Below are positions 26,992-35,989 of a DNA stretch of 61,019 bases, one piece after another. How positions within the stretch are numbered: the first letter of the stretch is position 1; each line of letters begins with the position of its first letter. The stretch is taken from positions 1-61,019 of IMG/VR virus record IMGVR_UViG_3300029267_002506. One strand, 5' to 3'. Made by a program: the position numbers and the translations under genes. The notes under the pieces were generated by a model, which did no database searches, was not told the origin of the DNA, and worked only from the letters and a program-made list of their open reading frames with translations. The DNA is from an uncultured virus (IMG/VR IMGVR_UViG_3300029267_002506). Lineage: Duplodnaviria; Heunggongvirae; Uroviricota; Caudoviricetes.

Positions 26992-27305
26992 CCTACCTCC
27001 TCACCTAACGCCTGGGCTAGGTACAGCATAGACCCCTGCCGCTGTAGGGAAGCCAGTGTAAGGTGTTCTAAACAATACAGGAGATTTCCACCTTTGCATT
27101 GTGTGTGTTTCCAGAACTGTTGCCATTCTAGCTCTTCAATGTAACACTGCACAGCTGCTCTAGCGGCACCCTCTATATGTTCAAGTCTTTTGATAGTTGC
27201 TTCTTCTTGTTTAATACGTTCTGTCTGTTCTTCTATCCATTTTACCCGTCCTGCTCTTTCCCATTCCTCATACGCTGTTAGATATGACTTATCAATTCCC
27301 ATCAT
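26988..27305 (-). CDS. Hypothetical protein
   Basis: GGAGGT RBS; overlaps both neighbours. Confidence 0.5.
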   Translation of the reverse strand: MMGIDKSYLTAYEEWERAGRVKWIEEQTERIKQEEATIKRLEHIEGAARAAVQCYIEELEWQQFWKHTQCKGGNLLYCLEHLTLASLQRQGSMLYLAQALGEEVG

Positions 27306-27877
27306 CCCACCTCCACTACAGTCCCCACCTTTAGCTCATCGATGTGGGTAACCATTATGATTTGAATGCCCAAGTCCTCACATAGTCCTTCCAATAGTTG
27401 AGGTATTCTGTCAAGGTATCCGTTTGTCTTAGAGACATTCTTGAAAGGTTCGTCAAGGAGGAGAACGGGACGGACGGCTGGACGGGAAAGTAGGAGGCAA
27501 GCCACCCTTAGAGTGAATGCGGCTACATCTATCACTCCACCGCCGGAAGAGGAAAGCGGGTCCAGTTCCAATCCGTCCCGTTCAAAGATCAGTTTGGCTT
27601 CTGTGCGGCCTCGCTTCTTCTCAAAATCAATACGGAAGGTGTATGGTTCATCAAATACAGTTTGTAGGCCACGAGTAACAACGGCGGCAATTTGTTGGTG
27701 TGCCTCTTGTTGTACCATTTGAGCGACAGACTGGATCAGGTCCCGTGCCTGTTCGGCGTTGGCCAAATGTTGCCTTGCCTTCTTCAATGCCTTGCCTTCA
27801 TCCTTGTAGGAGGCAAGTGCATGGGAATATGCTTGTCGTTTCTGATCTAGGAGATCTCTTAGCTCAGCAAGTCCCAT
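27302..27877 (-). CDS. SbcC/Rad50-like C-terminal half (ABC signature and Walker B)
   Basis: Coiled coil, then SSGGG, LLLDEPF and IIMVTH. Confidence 0.85.
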   Translation of the reverse strand: MGLAELRDLLDQKRQAYSHALASYKDEGKALKKARQHLANAEQARDLIQSVAQMVQQEAHQQIAAVVTRGLQTVFDEPYTFRIDFEKKRGRTEAKLIFERDGLELDPLSSSGGGVIDVAAFTLRVACLLLSRPAVRPVLLLDEPFKNVSKTNGYLDRIPQLLEGLCEDLGIQIIMVTHIDELKVGTVVEVG

Positions 27878-28118
27878 TGAGCTTCCCTCCCCACTCCTCC
27901 TCATATTCTGTCATCGCTTCTTCGAACGCGAGCCTACACTGCTCCTCCTCAGCGGATAAGTCTGATAGCAAGTCTGTAGCTTCCTCGAGGGAGTTCACAT
28001 TGAACTCCTCCTTCAAGACACGTAGGGCTTCGTCCCTAGCACCCTTTGCATGTTCTACTTTACCTTTCAGATCCTCGACTCGCTTCTTCAGTCTCTCTAA
28101 GTCTTTGATACTTGTCAT
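27864..28118 (-). CDS. Short coiled-coil protein, probable middle piece of the split Rad50
   Basis: Heptad-rich 84 aa between the nuclease and the C-terminal ATPase half. Confidence 0.55.
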   Translation of the reverse strand: MTSIKDLERLKKRVEDLKGKVEHAKGARDEALRVLKEEFNVNSLEEATDLLSDLSAEEEQCRLAFEEAMTEYEEEWGGKLNGTC

Positions 28119-28120
28119 AG

Positions 28121-29059
28121 CTACTCCCTTCCGAGCGCTTGCAGAATCAGGCACCTAACATCGTTGTTGACCTGTTTTCTATTCAACGCAAACTCGATAG
28201 CATCGATGAAATCAAACTGCTTGAGTTGTAAGTCGGACAGACCTGCAAGGAAATCCTCCAGGTCATGTACCCGCAACGCTTTCCTCAGTCCCTCCTCTTC
28301 CTCAGCTAGTGTCGTAAACTTCTCGTGGCTTGTTTTGATCTTGTGCAATAGTATTTTCCTACTTGCGCACAATAATCCTATCTGTGGTTCGTAGTCTACC
28401 TCATCCGATTTGCGTCTCATGAAACCCCCACAGTTCAGCACGTTGACTCCATTAACGTCAACGAGGAACCCTTTGTGGTTGTCTCCAATAATGACCGCAT
28501 CCCATGTGTCGAAGAAGTCTGCGCTCCAGTTCCCAATGCTCTGTCTGTCAGCAGCTCCAGGGTAGCGATGCTTGTCCGTCCAGAAGTATTCATGGACCAC
28601 AGCCACATGAAGCTTCTTTGAAACGAGTTCCTCCTTTGCTTGCAGAGGGGTTCCCCAAGGAAATCCATGGATTACCAGGTTCGGTGCAATTTCTAGAGGC
28701 AATCCAGGAAGGACGGGAGTAATCTTATCGGTCAAGCACATCGTCCAGAAGGCTGATTTCTTGATCAGGTCGATATTGTGTAAGGGGAGATCATGTTGTC
28801 CTGGAATGGCAAACATCTCGGGCAGACAGTTCAAGGCGAAGTTGATCAGCTCGGGCTCCGCCCTCCAATGATCGAAGACGTCACCAGCACAGATAATTGG
28901 AGCATCATACCTGGTAGCCAAAGCCCTCAGTTCCTCCAAGGGCCTTGCCATTGCCTCGAACCAGTCCTTCTCCTTCCGCCTTGCTCGAGGCGGCTTTGAA
29001 GAAAGATGGATGTCGGAACAACAGATGCCTATCACCTGGTCCTGATCTTGCTTCCGCAT
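28121..29059 (-). CDS. SbcD/Mre11-like nuclease
   Basis: SDIH, AGDVFD, PGQHD and GDNH motifs. Confidence 0.85.
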   Translation of the reverse strand: MRKQDQDQVIGICCSDIHLSSKPPRARRKEKDWFEAMARPLEELRALATRYDAPIICAGDVFDHWRAEPELINFALNCLPEMFAIPGQHDLPLHNIDLIKKSAFWTMCLTDKITPVLPGLPLEIAPNLVIHGFPWGTPLQAKEELVSKKLHVAVVHEYFWTDKHRYPGAADRQSIGNWSADFFDTWDAVIIGDNHKGFLVDVNGVNVLNCGGFMRRKSDEVDYEPQIGLLCASRKILLHKIKTSHEKFTTLAEEEEGLRKALRVHDLEDFLAGLSDLQLKQFDFIDAIEFALNRKQVNNDVRCLILQALGRE

Positions 29060-30057
29060 AGGGGACACCGATCTCCCATTGCTTTTTTCAACTCGCTCTT
29101 TGCGTTTGAGAGTTCGCTTCTTCGCTGGCATATCGACAGATCTCCTTCCTGCAGCTGTGTGATGAGGACTGCTAGTGCTCTCTTTCTGATGGTCTTGTCC
29201 CTACATTCATGCGCCTTTGCCTCCAATGTGGCCAGGGATGGTGGTACCGACTGGTTTGCTAGGGCTGCTAACCCCGTGAGGCCCTTTACTTTACCCTTCA
29301 AATCTGCTGTCCGTGTCGCACACGACTCCCACGTCTCTCCAAGATCCCGAACCTTTGTCAGGCCCTTGTAGGCCCTGGTGAGAGATGTAGATTTTTCATC
29401 GTATTTTTCAACCTGTTGTATGAGCATTTCTAGCCTGGTCTTATCTGCAGCCTTGGCAACGTGACTGTCGTACAAGGTCTCTACCTGACACATCTGTTCG
29501 TCTGCCTTCTTGATCCATCGCAATCCCTTGCCTTTTTCCTTCAACTCGTCTCGTCTCTCGCTGATCACTTCGACAGCCGAACGAGCCTTCCTGATAGTCG
29601 AATCGATGGCGGACAGTGCTGAGTCAATCGCTCCTAAGTCTACAATCTGGTTGAGCTGTCTGCTAACCTCTCCCGCCGTTTCTGAGAACCAAAACGGTGC
29701 ATCATGTTGTCCTTGGAAATTTATGGGCCCTACATTAAGCGCAGCAGCAACATCTGGCGGCACGTCATTCCCAAAAGCTTTGAACTCCTGGCCATCCAGT
29801 CTATATATATTCTCTGACGCACTTCGGTAGCGATCTACTTGGTGCCCCTCAAAGTTTAAGCAGACCAGCACATCCTTCTCACCGTCCTTGATGAAAGCGT
29901 CTCCTTTTGGTTCATTCGTCATGTTCCACCAGAGGGCTCTTAGGATGGAAGACTTACCTGCATCTGTAGGTCCGACGATGGAGGTGATAGTAGGTCCTAG
30001 TTCAATCCGCAAGAGACCATGGGGTTGGAATTTGGATATGGTCAGTGTTTCAAGCAC
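29032..30057 (-). CDS. SbcC/Rad50-like N-terminal half (Walker A, coiled coil, zinc hook)
   Basis: GPTDAGKSSILRAL, Q-loop FQGQHD, C-terminal CPLCG. Confidence 0.85.
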   Translation of the reverse strand: MLETLTISKFQPHGLLRIELGPTITSIVGPTDAGKSSILRALWWNMTNEPKGDAFIKDGEKDVLVCLNFEGHQVDRYRSASENIYRLDGQEFKAFGNDVPPDVAAALNVGPINFQGQHDAPFWFSETAGEVSRQLNQIVDLGAIDSALSAIDSTIRKARSAVEVISERRDELKEKGKGLRWIKKADEQMCQVETLYDSHVAKAADKTRLEMLIQQVEKYDEKSTSLTRAYKGLTKVRDLGETWESCATRTADLKGKVKGLTGLAALANQSVPPSLATLEAKAHECRDKTIRKRALAVLITQLQEGDLSICQRRSELSNAKSELKKAMGDRCPLCGSKIRTR

Positions 30058-30376
30058 TTCTTTTTCCTTTCAGAATACCCATCAATTCAGTAGTTAGTTG
30101 TCCTGCCTTACTATTCTCGTAATGCCACCTTCTATGACAACGGAAACAAAGCACGTCACACTTTTCGATTTCAGCCATGATCTGTTTCTCTGACTTCCTG
30201 TCCCGTAGTCCTTCATGTATCCAAAACTTGTGTTCTTGTCCAGGGCGGTGGTGGAACAGCAATTTTTCGGGATCACTTTCTCCACATTCTTTGCACTTGC
30301 GTTCTTCTTTGATTCTGCGAACCTTGTCCCTAATCTCATTTCGTCTTTGTGCCCGTCTTTGTGGAGTAGAAGGCAT
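30050..30376 (-). CDS. HNH-type Zn-binding endonuclease
   Basis: CKECG..FHH..KCDVLCFRCHRRWH. Confidence 0.7.
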   Translation of the reverse strand: MPSTPQRRAQRRNEIRDKVRRIKEERKCKECGESDPEKLLFHHRPGQEHKFWIHEGLRDRKSEKQIMAEIEKCDVLCFRCHRRWHYENSKAGQLTTELMGILKGKRSA

Positions 30377-30393
30377 TTGAAAGATTCTTTGTT

Positions 30394-30972
30394 CTACCCT
30401 ACTCTTTTTCTCAATAACTCTGTCACAGATGAAGGGTGTACGCTTTCTAAGAAGGTCTCCAGTTTACAGGCGAAAACTTTGAGACATGGTCCATTCTTCA
30501 ATTCGATCTCTGCCCTTATGTACGGTTTAGGAAGATGGTTTCCTTGTTTTACCATCCACGCTATTATCCAGGGAGGAAGGAAGACAATCGCCTCTCTCCT
30601 ATCCCTCCTCCAGATAACCATCCATGCTAAGGACCTGGCATTCTCAGTATCCTGTCTAACTTGATGAAAGAATGTTTCCCATAGTTGCTCAGCGGCCTTT
30701 TCTCTCTTGTCTAGCATGTCAGCGAAACTTGTATGGTTATATCCTCTCTTGAGTTCAATGGTGAATACATCTAGGAGAGGTTGGCCTTCTGGATCGGTAG
30801 CCTGCACATCGCCATACTGACCAAATGTGTTTTTGCCTACCTTGCTCCTTGTCTTAGCCATGGCTCCGGAGTTCGCTGACCGCCAGAAGAGATCATCTCT
30901 TTCCTCTCCACTCCACCATAGCGACAAGAGTCGACAGACTTCCCGTTCATATGCTGCGCCTTTTCCTCCCAT
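30394..30972 (-). CDS. Holliday junction resolvase (PD-(D/E)xK, Hjc-like)
   Basis: KGAAYERE, SGA, GDV and IELKRGY motifs. Confidence 0.75.
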   Translation of the reverse strand: MGGKGAAYEREVCRLLSLWWSGEERDDLFWRSANSGAMAKTRSKVGKNTFGQYGDVQATDPEGQPLLDVFTIELKRGYNHTSFADMLDKREKAAEQLWETFFHQVRQDTENARSLAWMVIWRRDRREAIVFLPPWIIAWMVKQGNHLPKPYIRAEIELKNGPCLKVFACKLETFLESVHPSSVTELLRKRVG

Positions 30973-31867
30973 GCCTTCTCCTCCTTGGCTTCCTGATATC
31001 CCACTGTTCACTGAAGAAACGATTCCACTTTGATCTCCCAGGGTCCTCCAGGTAGGACAAGATTCCATACTCCTCACAGAAAGAGAAGAAGGCGGAGGGG
31101 TTGTATACTGGAGGTCTTATGTTCACGGGCTTGGTCTTTTGGTGAGGAAGGACCGTGAGGGATTTCCAGTAGGACAGAGAGCCTGACGTAAGCGCACGGT
31201 CGATTGCCTTATAGCGTTTGTAGTGAGTAGGGAGCTCTCCACGGATGAAGGCAATAGCGCTCTTCTCAGACACACCTGAGATCCCTGGTACACCGTCAGA
31301 GGAACATCCTCCCATTGCCTTCACCTTTCCCCAGTCATCTGGATGGACTCCCTTCAGACGTCGAAATGATGTAGGGTTATGTCGGATCCCTCTTTGTGGG
31401 TCATACCAGCAAACATCCTCATTGATGCTCTGGTACAAATCCCCATCGCTTGTGATGATGACTCCCTTCTCCTTCCTCCTGCCTAGTTCCCCAGCCGTCC
31501 AGGCAATCAGGTCGTCGCTCTCCAATCCTTTCTGTCCGTAAACAGGGAATCCTATAGCAGGAAGAATGTCCCTCCGAAGGTAGTCCACTTGGTGGTACAT
31601 GATAGAGATCTGTTCCTTTTCTTCCTCTGTTCTGTTCTCCTTCCGCTTTCGTTTGTAGTCGGGAAAGACCTTCATCCTGTACGACCTGCGCGAATCGCCA
31701 AACAACAACACCTTGTTCGACTGTATCCACTGGGTTTGACAGATAGAAAGCAACTGATCGAAGAAACCGAACAGGATCCCCGTCGGGATATCTTCCATCA
31801 CCATACCCCGGAGAGAGTGTCTGGCTCTGTGAGCCAGGTAAGATATATCAACCAGGATCCACATCAT
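30947..31867 (-). CDS. 5'-3' exonuclease/flap endonuclease
   Basis: LVD, YKRKR, ESDDLI, SDGDLYQ and SDGVPGISGV motifs. Confidence 0.9.
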   Translation of the reverse strand: MMWILVDISYLAHRARHSLRGMVMEDIPTGILFGFFDQLLSICQTQWIQSNKVLLFGDSRRSYRMKVFPDYKRKRKENRTEEEKEQISIMYHQVDYLRRDILPAIGFPVYGQKGLESDDLIAWTAGELGRRKEKGVIITSDGDLYQSINEDVCWYDPQRGIRHNPTSFRRLKGVHPDDWGKVKAMGGCSSDGVPGISGVSEKSAIAFIRGELPTHYKRYKAIDRALTSGSLSYWKSLTVLPHQKTKPVNIRPPVYNPSAFFSFCEEYGILSYLEDPGRSKWNRFFSEQWDIRKPRRRRHGRKRRSI

Positions 31868-32972
31868 CGTACCTCTTCGGTCTATTCAGGCAGGTGTCTT
31901 GTTGGATCTCTTTCCAGCACCGTCCTGTTATCCTTTGGAGTTGTCGCATCAGTTTGTTTTCCTCGATGTAAGCGATAAGCTTCTCACGGGTACAGGTCAC
32001 CTTGAACTCTGTTGCCATGATGGACTGCTTGTTCTTCTTCCACCACCCTTCTGATACCAGAAAGTCGACACACCCTCCAATATCATCGATCCCATAGGAT
32101 GGGTAGATGTCTATGATGGCTCCATCGTTGAGAAGCCCAGTAACCCGGTTCTTCTTCAGGACGGCTTTGGCATGGATACCAATCTTCCGATCCTTTCCTC
32201 TCACCTTCTTCTTGATAGCACCTGCTAGAGAGGTCCAGATCTCTAATGCTGCATAGAACCTCAGTGCCTTCCCTCCACTGACGGACTTCTTCTCAAATCC
32301 CATTCCTAGATTTTCTCTCGTCTGGGAGATGATTATGAGGATGGAGTCCGTATCCCGCAGTCCATTCTTGACCACCCGAACTCCTGAGCTGTTCTTCTTG
32401 GCCTTACCATCCCCATAGGATCCAGCAGTAATCCGTCCTCTTCTGTAGGCATCCTTCTGCTCTTCGAATTTGTCCTGTTCTGCTTCGCTGGACAACCCAT
32501 CCATGCTATCAAGAACGTAAATGAATGGATGCCCATTAGGCTTCCTTGCCTCTTTGATCGCGTCGTCTATGTGGTAGTAGAACTCCTCGATGGTGGAGGA
32601 GAACACAGGCTCCCCGTTCTCGTCCTTCGCTGGAGGACTGATCTTGCTCGCAGTCTTGTTTCCGAAGAGGCGTGGGATGTCCATCATACATCCTCCCTCG
32701 ACATCATCGTAGATCAATCGGTAGTGACGGAAATTGATGTCTCTGATCGCCTCAGCAAAGCAGGTTAAGGACAGGAATGTCTTCCCACTAGTAGAGTCTC
32801 CAACGAACCAAACATACCTCCCTTTCGGAAAGGCTCCGAATGGATTGTTCGTGCAGGCGAGGTTGAGTAGGGTTGATCCGCTGGAGAGCAGGTCAGGCTT
32901 GCTCTCCTTTACCACCCGACGCTTCTTCCTCTTTCCTGCAGCCAATACCTTTTTTGCGTCGTTTGCCATCAT
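31848..32972 (-). CDS. recA: RecA/UvsX-like recombinase
   Basis: GDSTSGKT, YVLDS, IISQTR and GGKALRFYA motifs. Confidence 0.85.
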   Translation of the reverse strand: MMANDAKKVLAAGKRKKRRVVKESKPDLLSSGSTLLNLACTNNPFGAFPKGRYVWFVGDSTSGKTFLSLTCFAEAIRDINFRHYRLIYDDVEGGCMMDIPRLFGNKTASKISPPAKDENGEPVFSSTIEEFYYHIDDAIKEARKPNGHPFIYVLDSMDGLSSEAEQDKFEEQKDAYRRGRITAGSYGDGKAKKNSSGVRVVKNGLRDTDSILIIISQTRENLGMGFEKKSVSGGKALRFYAALEIWTSLAGAIKKKVRGKDRKIGIHAKAVLKKNRVTGLLNDGAIIDIYPSYGIDDIGGCVDFLVSEGWWKKNKQSIMATEFKVTCTREKLIAYIEENKLMRQLQRITGRCWKEIQQDTCLNRPKRYDDVDPG

Positions 32973-32979
32973 CCCTCCA

Positions 32980-33018
32980 AAGTGAAACAGACGGGGCAGA
33001 TTGTCTCCGCCCCGCCTG
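32980..33018 (-). terminator. Intrinsic terminator
   Basis: Minus strand CAGGCGGGGCGGA-GACAA-TCTGCCCCGTCTG followed by TTTCACTT. Confidence 0.65.
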
Positions 33019-33038
33019 TCCTGAATGATTGTCTTCTA

Positions 33039-34322
33039 CTACTTGCTAGAGCGGCGTTTGAGAGACCGCTTCTTCGTTGTCCCAGTCTTCTTTTTGGTTG
33101 CGCTTGTTTTCTTCTGCAGGATTCCTGTTCCATTACAAGGTGCGCAAGGACGTCCCTTTGAGTTCTTCCCAGTTCCTTGGCAAGCCTTGCAAACGGGCCC
33201 GCTCGCCTTCTTCTTTGTCGCCTTCTTCTTTGTCGCCTTCTTCTTTGGCGGCGGTTCAGCTTCAGGATCCTCCTCTTCTACCTCTTCCTCATCATCCCAT
33301 TCTTCCTCATCATCCCATTCGTCGTCATCATCCCATTCGTCGTCGTCTACCGCTTCCTCCTCAGGTTCAGGATCCTCCTCTTCTACTTCTTCCTCCTCTT
33401 CTACTTCTTCCTCATCATCCCATTCGTCGTCATCATCCCATTCTTCCTCATCATCCCATTCGTCGTCATCATCCCATTCGTCGTCGTCTACCGCTTCCTC
33501 CTCAGGTTCAGGTTCAGGTTCAGGTTCCGACTTTGACTTTTTCGTCTTACGCTTCTCCTTTGGCTCCTCTTCTCCTCCCTCCTCGAGGAACATCGCTTTC
33601 AGGTCATCGTACTCCATCACGACGAACATCTCATCAAGGTTAACAGTCCGTCCGAGGATCTCATCCTCATCCATCTCATCCCTGGGCTGGAAGTCGAACC
33701 TGGTCGCAGCGATGTACTTGCGTCCTTCGAAGTCCTCATTAGAGAACCTGACCTTCAATGTCCTGCCATCCTCATTGACATCCCAGAAGTTATAGAGGTC
33801 TTTTTCTGCCTCCCCTAACTCCTTCACAAGATTGTCGTCAAATTTCCCTACGGACATCGCCAGGATGGCTATCCCATCATCATCATCCGGGTTGATGATA
33901 TTGAACGCCGCCCACTTCTGTCCCATGAGACTTCTGATGATCTTTTCATTCTCGTCCCAGTCCTTCCGAAGTACTTTCACCTCTTCGCAGATAGGACAAG
34001 GCTTCCCGACCGATGTAGGACAGACAATTGACTCTCCGCTTGGCCCTACATCGTAGTGGATTCTGAAGTGACGTCTGTACCAGATCACGCCAGGGTCGCA
34101 GTCGGGAACAAGGAGTCCTTTTTTGTTGAAGGAGAAGTGGTTCGTCGTGATGTAAGGGACAATGTCCAACAGGGCCGTCCCTGCCTTCTCCGGTGCCCAG
34201 GTATCAACCCCGACAGGAAGATTGAACCAGTTCCCTCCACCGCCGGAGGATGCTACAGTCTTTTGTCTCACCTCGTCTCTGGAAAGCCTCCGCCTTTTCT
34301 TCTTATCCTTCCTTCTTGCCAT
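33039..34322 (-). CDS. ssDNA-binding protein (T4 gp32-like, putative) with acidic repeats, Lys-rich tail and CxxCxGxG Zn finger
   Basis: H..CPTSVGKPCPICE Zn site and FWDVNEDGRTLKVRF; lies among recombination genes. Confidence 0.65.
   Translation of the reverse strand: MARRKDKKKRRRLSRDEVRQKTVASSGGGGNWFNLPVGVDTWAPEKAGTALLDIVPYITTNHFSFNKKGLLVPDCDPGVIWYRRHFRIHYDVGPSGESIVCPTSVGKPCPICEEVKVLRKDWDENEKIIRSLMGQKWAAFNIINPDDDDGIAILAMSVGKFDDNLVKELGEAEKDLYNFWDVNEDGRTLKVRFSNEDFEGRKYIAATRFDFQPRDEMDEDEILGRTVNLDEMFVVMEYDDLKAMFLEEGGEEEPKEKRKTKKSKSEPEPEPEPEEEAVDDDEWDDDDEWDDEEEWDDDDEWDDEEEVEEEEEVEEEDPEPEEEAVDDDEWDDDDEWDDEEEWDDEEEVEEEDPEAEPPPKKKATKKKATKKKASGPVCKACQGTGKNSKGRPCAPCNGTGILQKKTSATKKKTGTTKKRSLKRRSSK
33205..33530 (-). 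repeat. Coding low-complexity repeats: EWDD(D/E)(D/E), EP and KKATK units
   Basis: TCATCATCCCATTC 18-nt-period units in two duplicated blocks; 15-nt CCTTCTTCTTTGTCG units. Confidence 0.85.
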
Positions 34323-34473
34323 TGGTACTCACCTTTCTGTTGTCGATTGTCTCTCTGTAATCGCCCAAGGTTCGGATGACTGCTCTACCAGCCATTCTGA
34401 CAGCGACATAGATCCAAAACAGGGAAAACAATACCAGTCCCAGCCATGACAAACCCCTGAGCACATCATCCAT
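34303..34473 (-). CDS. Small membrane protein (56 aa, not in ORF track)
   Basis: Translated by hand: MDDVLRGLSWLGLVLFSLFWIYVAVRMAGR...; AGGAGG RBS; fills the gap between two genes. Confidence 0.5.
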   Translation of the reverse strand: MDDVLRGLSWLGLVLFSLFWIYVAVRMAGRAVIRTLGDYRETIDNRKVSTNGKKEG

Positions 34474-34972
34474 TGCTGGTGCCTCCTTTCTTTCTCCTTC
34501 GTGTCTTCTTCTTCACCTCTTCATCTCGTCCTCCTTTCACCTCGTTCCAAGCTTCAACCAAGTTCCGCGGGACAGAGGGACCAGCGAAATATTGCTGCCC
34601 ATGGAGAGTGACTAGGATCTCTATCATTCTCTTCCTCTGTTCCATCGCTTCGACCGCTTTGTCCAGTAACGCTGAAGCCGCCTTCTTCTCGATCCATTCA
34701 TCGTATGCCTCCCTGTACTCGATGGAGGCCTTGACGGCGGTGTCGATCGCACCCTCGGTCGCTTTGCTGAGCCCAAAGGACCCAGGGTCCCTTCGGGCCT
34801 TGATGGATGTGTCTGTGACAGTCACTTCCAGATGGAACTTTGCGTAATCTGCATCCTTTCTAGCTTCGACTGCCTTCTCCGCCCACTTGAAGAACAGTTC
34901 CCCTTGTAGGCCAGCCTCCACATCCAACTTCGCTGGGTCAATCGCTAGGTCCTTTTCGAAATCGTTGCTCAT
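34466..34972 (-). CDS. UvsY-like recombination mediator (putative)
   Basis: DLAID..LD, TEGAIDTAV and AMEQRKRMIE; helical; next to the SSB and RecA genes. Confidence 0.55.
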   Translation of the reverse strand: MSNDFEKDLAIDPAKLDVEAGLQGELFFKWAEKAVEARKDADYAKFHLEVTVTDTSIKARRDPGSFGLSKATEGAIDTAVKASIEYREAYDEWIEKKAASALLDKAVEAMEQRKRMIEILVTLHGQQYFAGPSVPRNLVEAWNEVKGGRDEEVKKKTRRRKKGGTSNG

Positions 34973-35007
34973 ACATTACCTCCCTTTAACGTATTATCCT
35001 CGATGAC

Positions 35008-35925
35008 CTATTTGCCTATCACATCGTAACACGCAAGTGCCAGTCCTGCCGCTTTTGAATCGTAGAAGTGATCGGCGAAGGTGTCGATGATAACTGCTGC
35101 TCGTTCCTGCGTCGCCTTATTATTCCCAAGGATGCAGGTCCTTGCATATCCAAGCACAGTATGCCGAACCGATTCTGGTTCTGCCTTTAGATCCTTCAGG
35201 ATTCTAGCAACGGTAGACCAGGACTTCCCACGGAGCAAAGCCTGACAAAGATCAATTACCTCCTTCTCTTCCGGATCTTCTTTGATGGCCGCTGCCCTAT
35301 CCTCTGGCGGTAGGTTAAGCACTCGGTCTAGAATGACCAAAGCCCGACGAGGAGATCCGTCAGCAGCATCGGTCAGGTCAGCCACCATATCCATGTCCAA
35401 AGCTTCCCTCTCCCTTTTCAGAACCTTAGCTACCAGCTTCTTAATCAGATCAGTGGATAGCCGCTCTACTGGAATCTCACAGCACCTTGTGCGTATTGTT
35501 TTGATGATTTTCTGTGGGTCGGTAGTACAGAGGAAGAAGTACACATGGGAAGGGGTATCTTCAAGGATTTTCAATGCGGCGTTCTGTGCATCCTTTGTCA
35601 TCTGGTGAACTTCGTCCATCAACCAAATCTTGCAGTCGCCTCCAGTAGGAGCCATGTTTATCTTCCTAGCAATGTCCCTGATGGTATCGACTCCACGGAA
35701 GTCGGAGCAGTTCAATTCTCGTAGGTCCATTTGGCTACATCCCAATTCCTTGGCTAGTATGCGAGCTAGTGTAGTTTTGCCGCAACCTGACGGACCGTGA
35801 AAGAGGCAGGTATGTGGCAAGGTCTGTCTTTTGAGCATATTCATTAAGGTGCGGACAGTCGCTTCGTTTCCTACCATATCCTTCAGCGTTTTCGGTCGGT
35901 GTCGTTTGTACAGCTCCTTGCTCAT
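35008..35925 (-). CDS. Clamp loader AAA+ subunit (DnaX/RFC-like)
   Basis: LYKRHRP, GPSGCGKTTLAR, DEVH, NAALKILE and TIRTRC motifs. Confidence 0.9.
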   Translation of the reverse strand: MSKELYKRHRPKTLKDMVGNEATVRTLMNMLKRQTLPHTCLFHGPSGCGKTTLARILAKELGCSQMDLRELNCSDFRGVDTIRDIARKINMAPTGGDCKIWLMDEVHQMTKDAQNAALKILEDTPSHVYFFLCTTDPQKIIKTIRTRCCEIPVERLSTDLIKKLVAKVLKREREALDMDMVADLTDAADGSPRRALVILDRVLNLPPEDRAAAIKEDPEEKEVIDLCQALLRGKSWSTVARILKDLKAEPESVRHTVLGYARTCILGNNKATQERAAVIIDTFADHFYDSKAAGLALACYDVIGK

Positions 35926-35989
35926 AGTCCTTTCCTCCTCAGGTACATACAAAGTGTAATTCCAACGCTAATCCCACAGAAGACTTCTT

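Noticed and set aside
33025-33795. Long Ser/His-rich + strand ORFs
   Set aside because: Antisense shadows of the acidic repeat region of the - strand gene. Most other overlapping opposite-strand ORFs in the track were dropped for the same reason.
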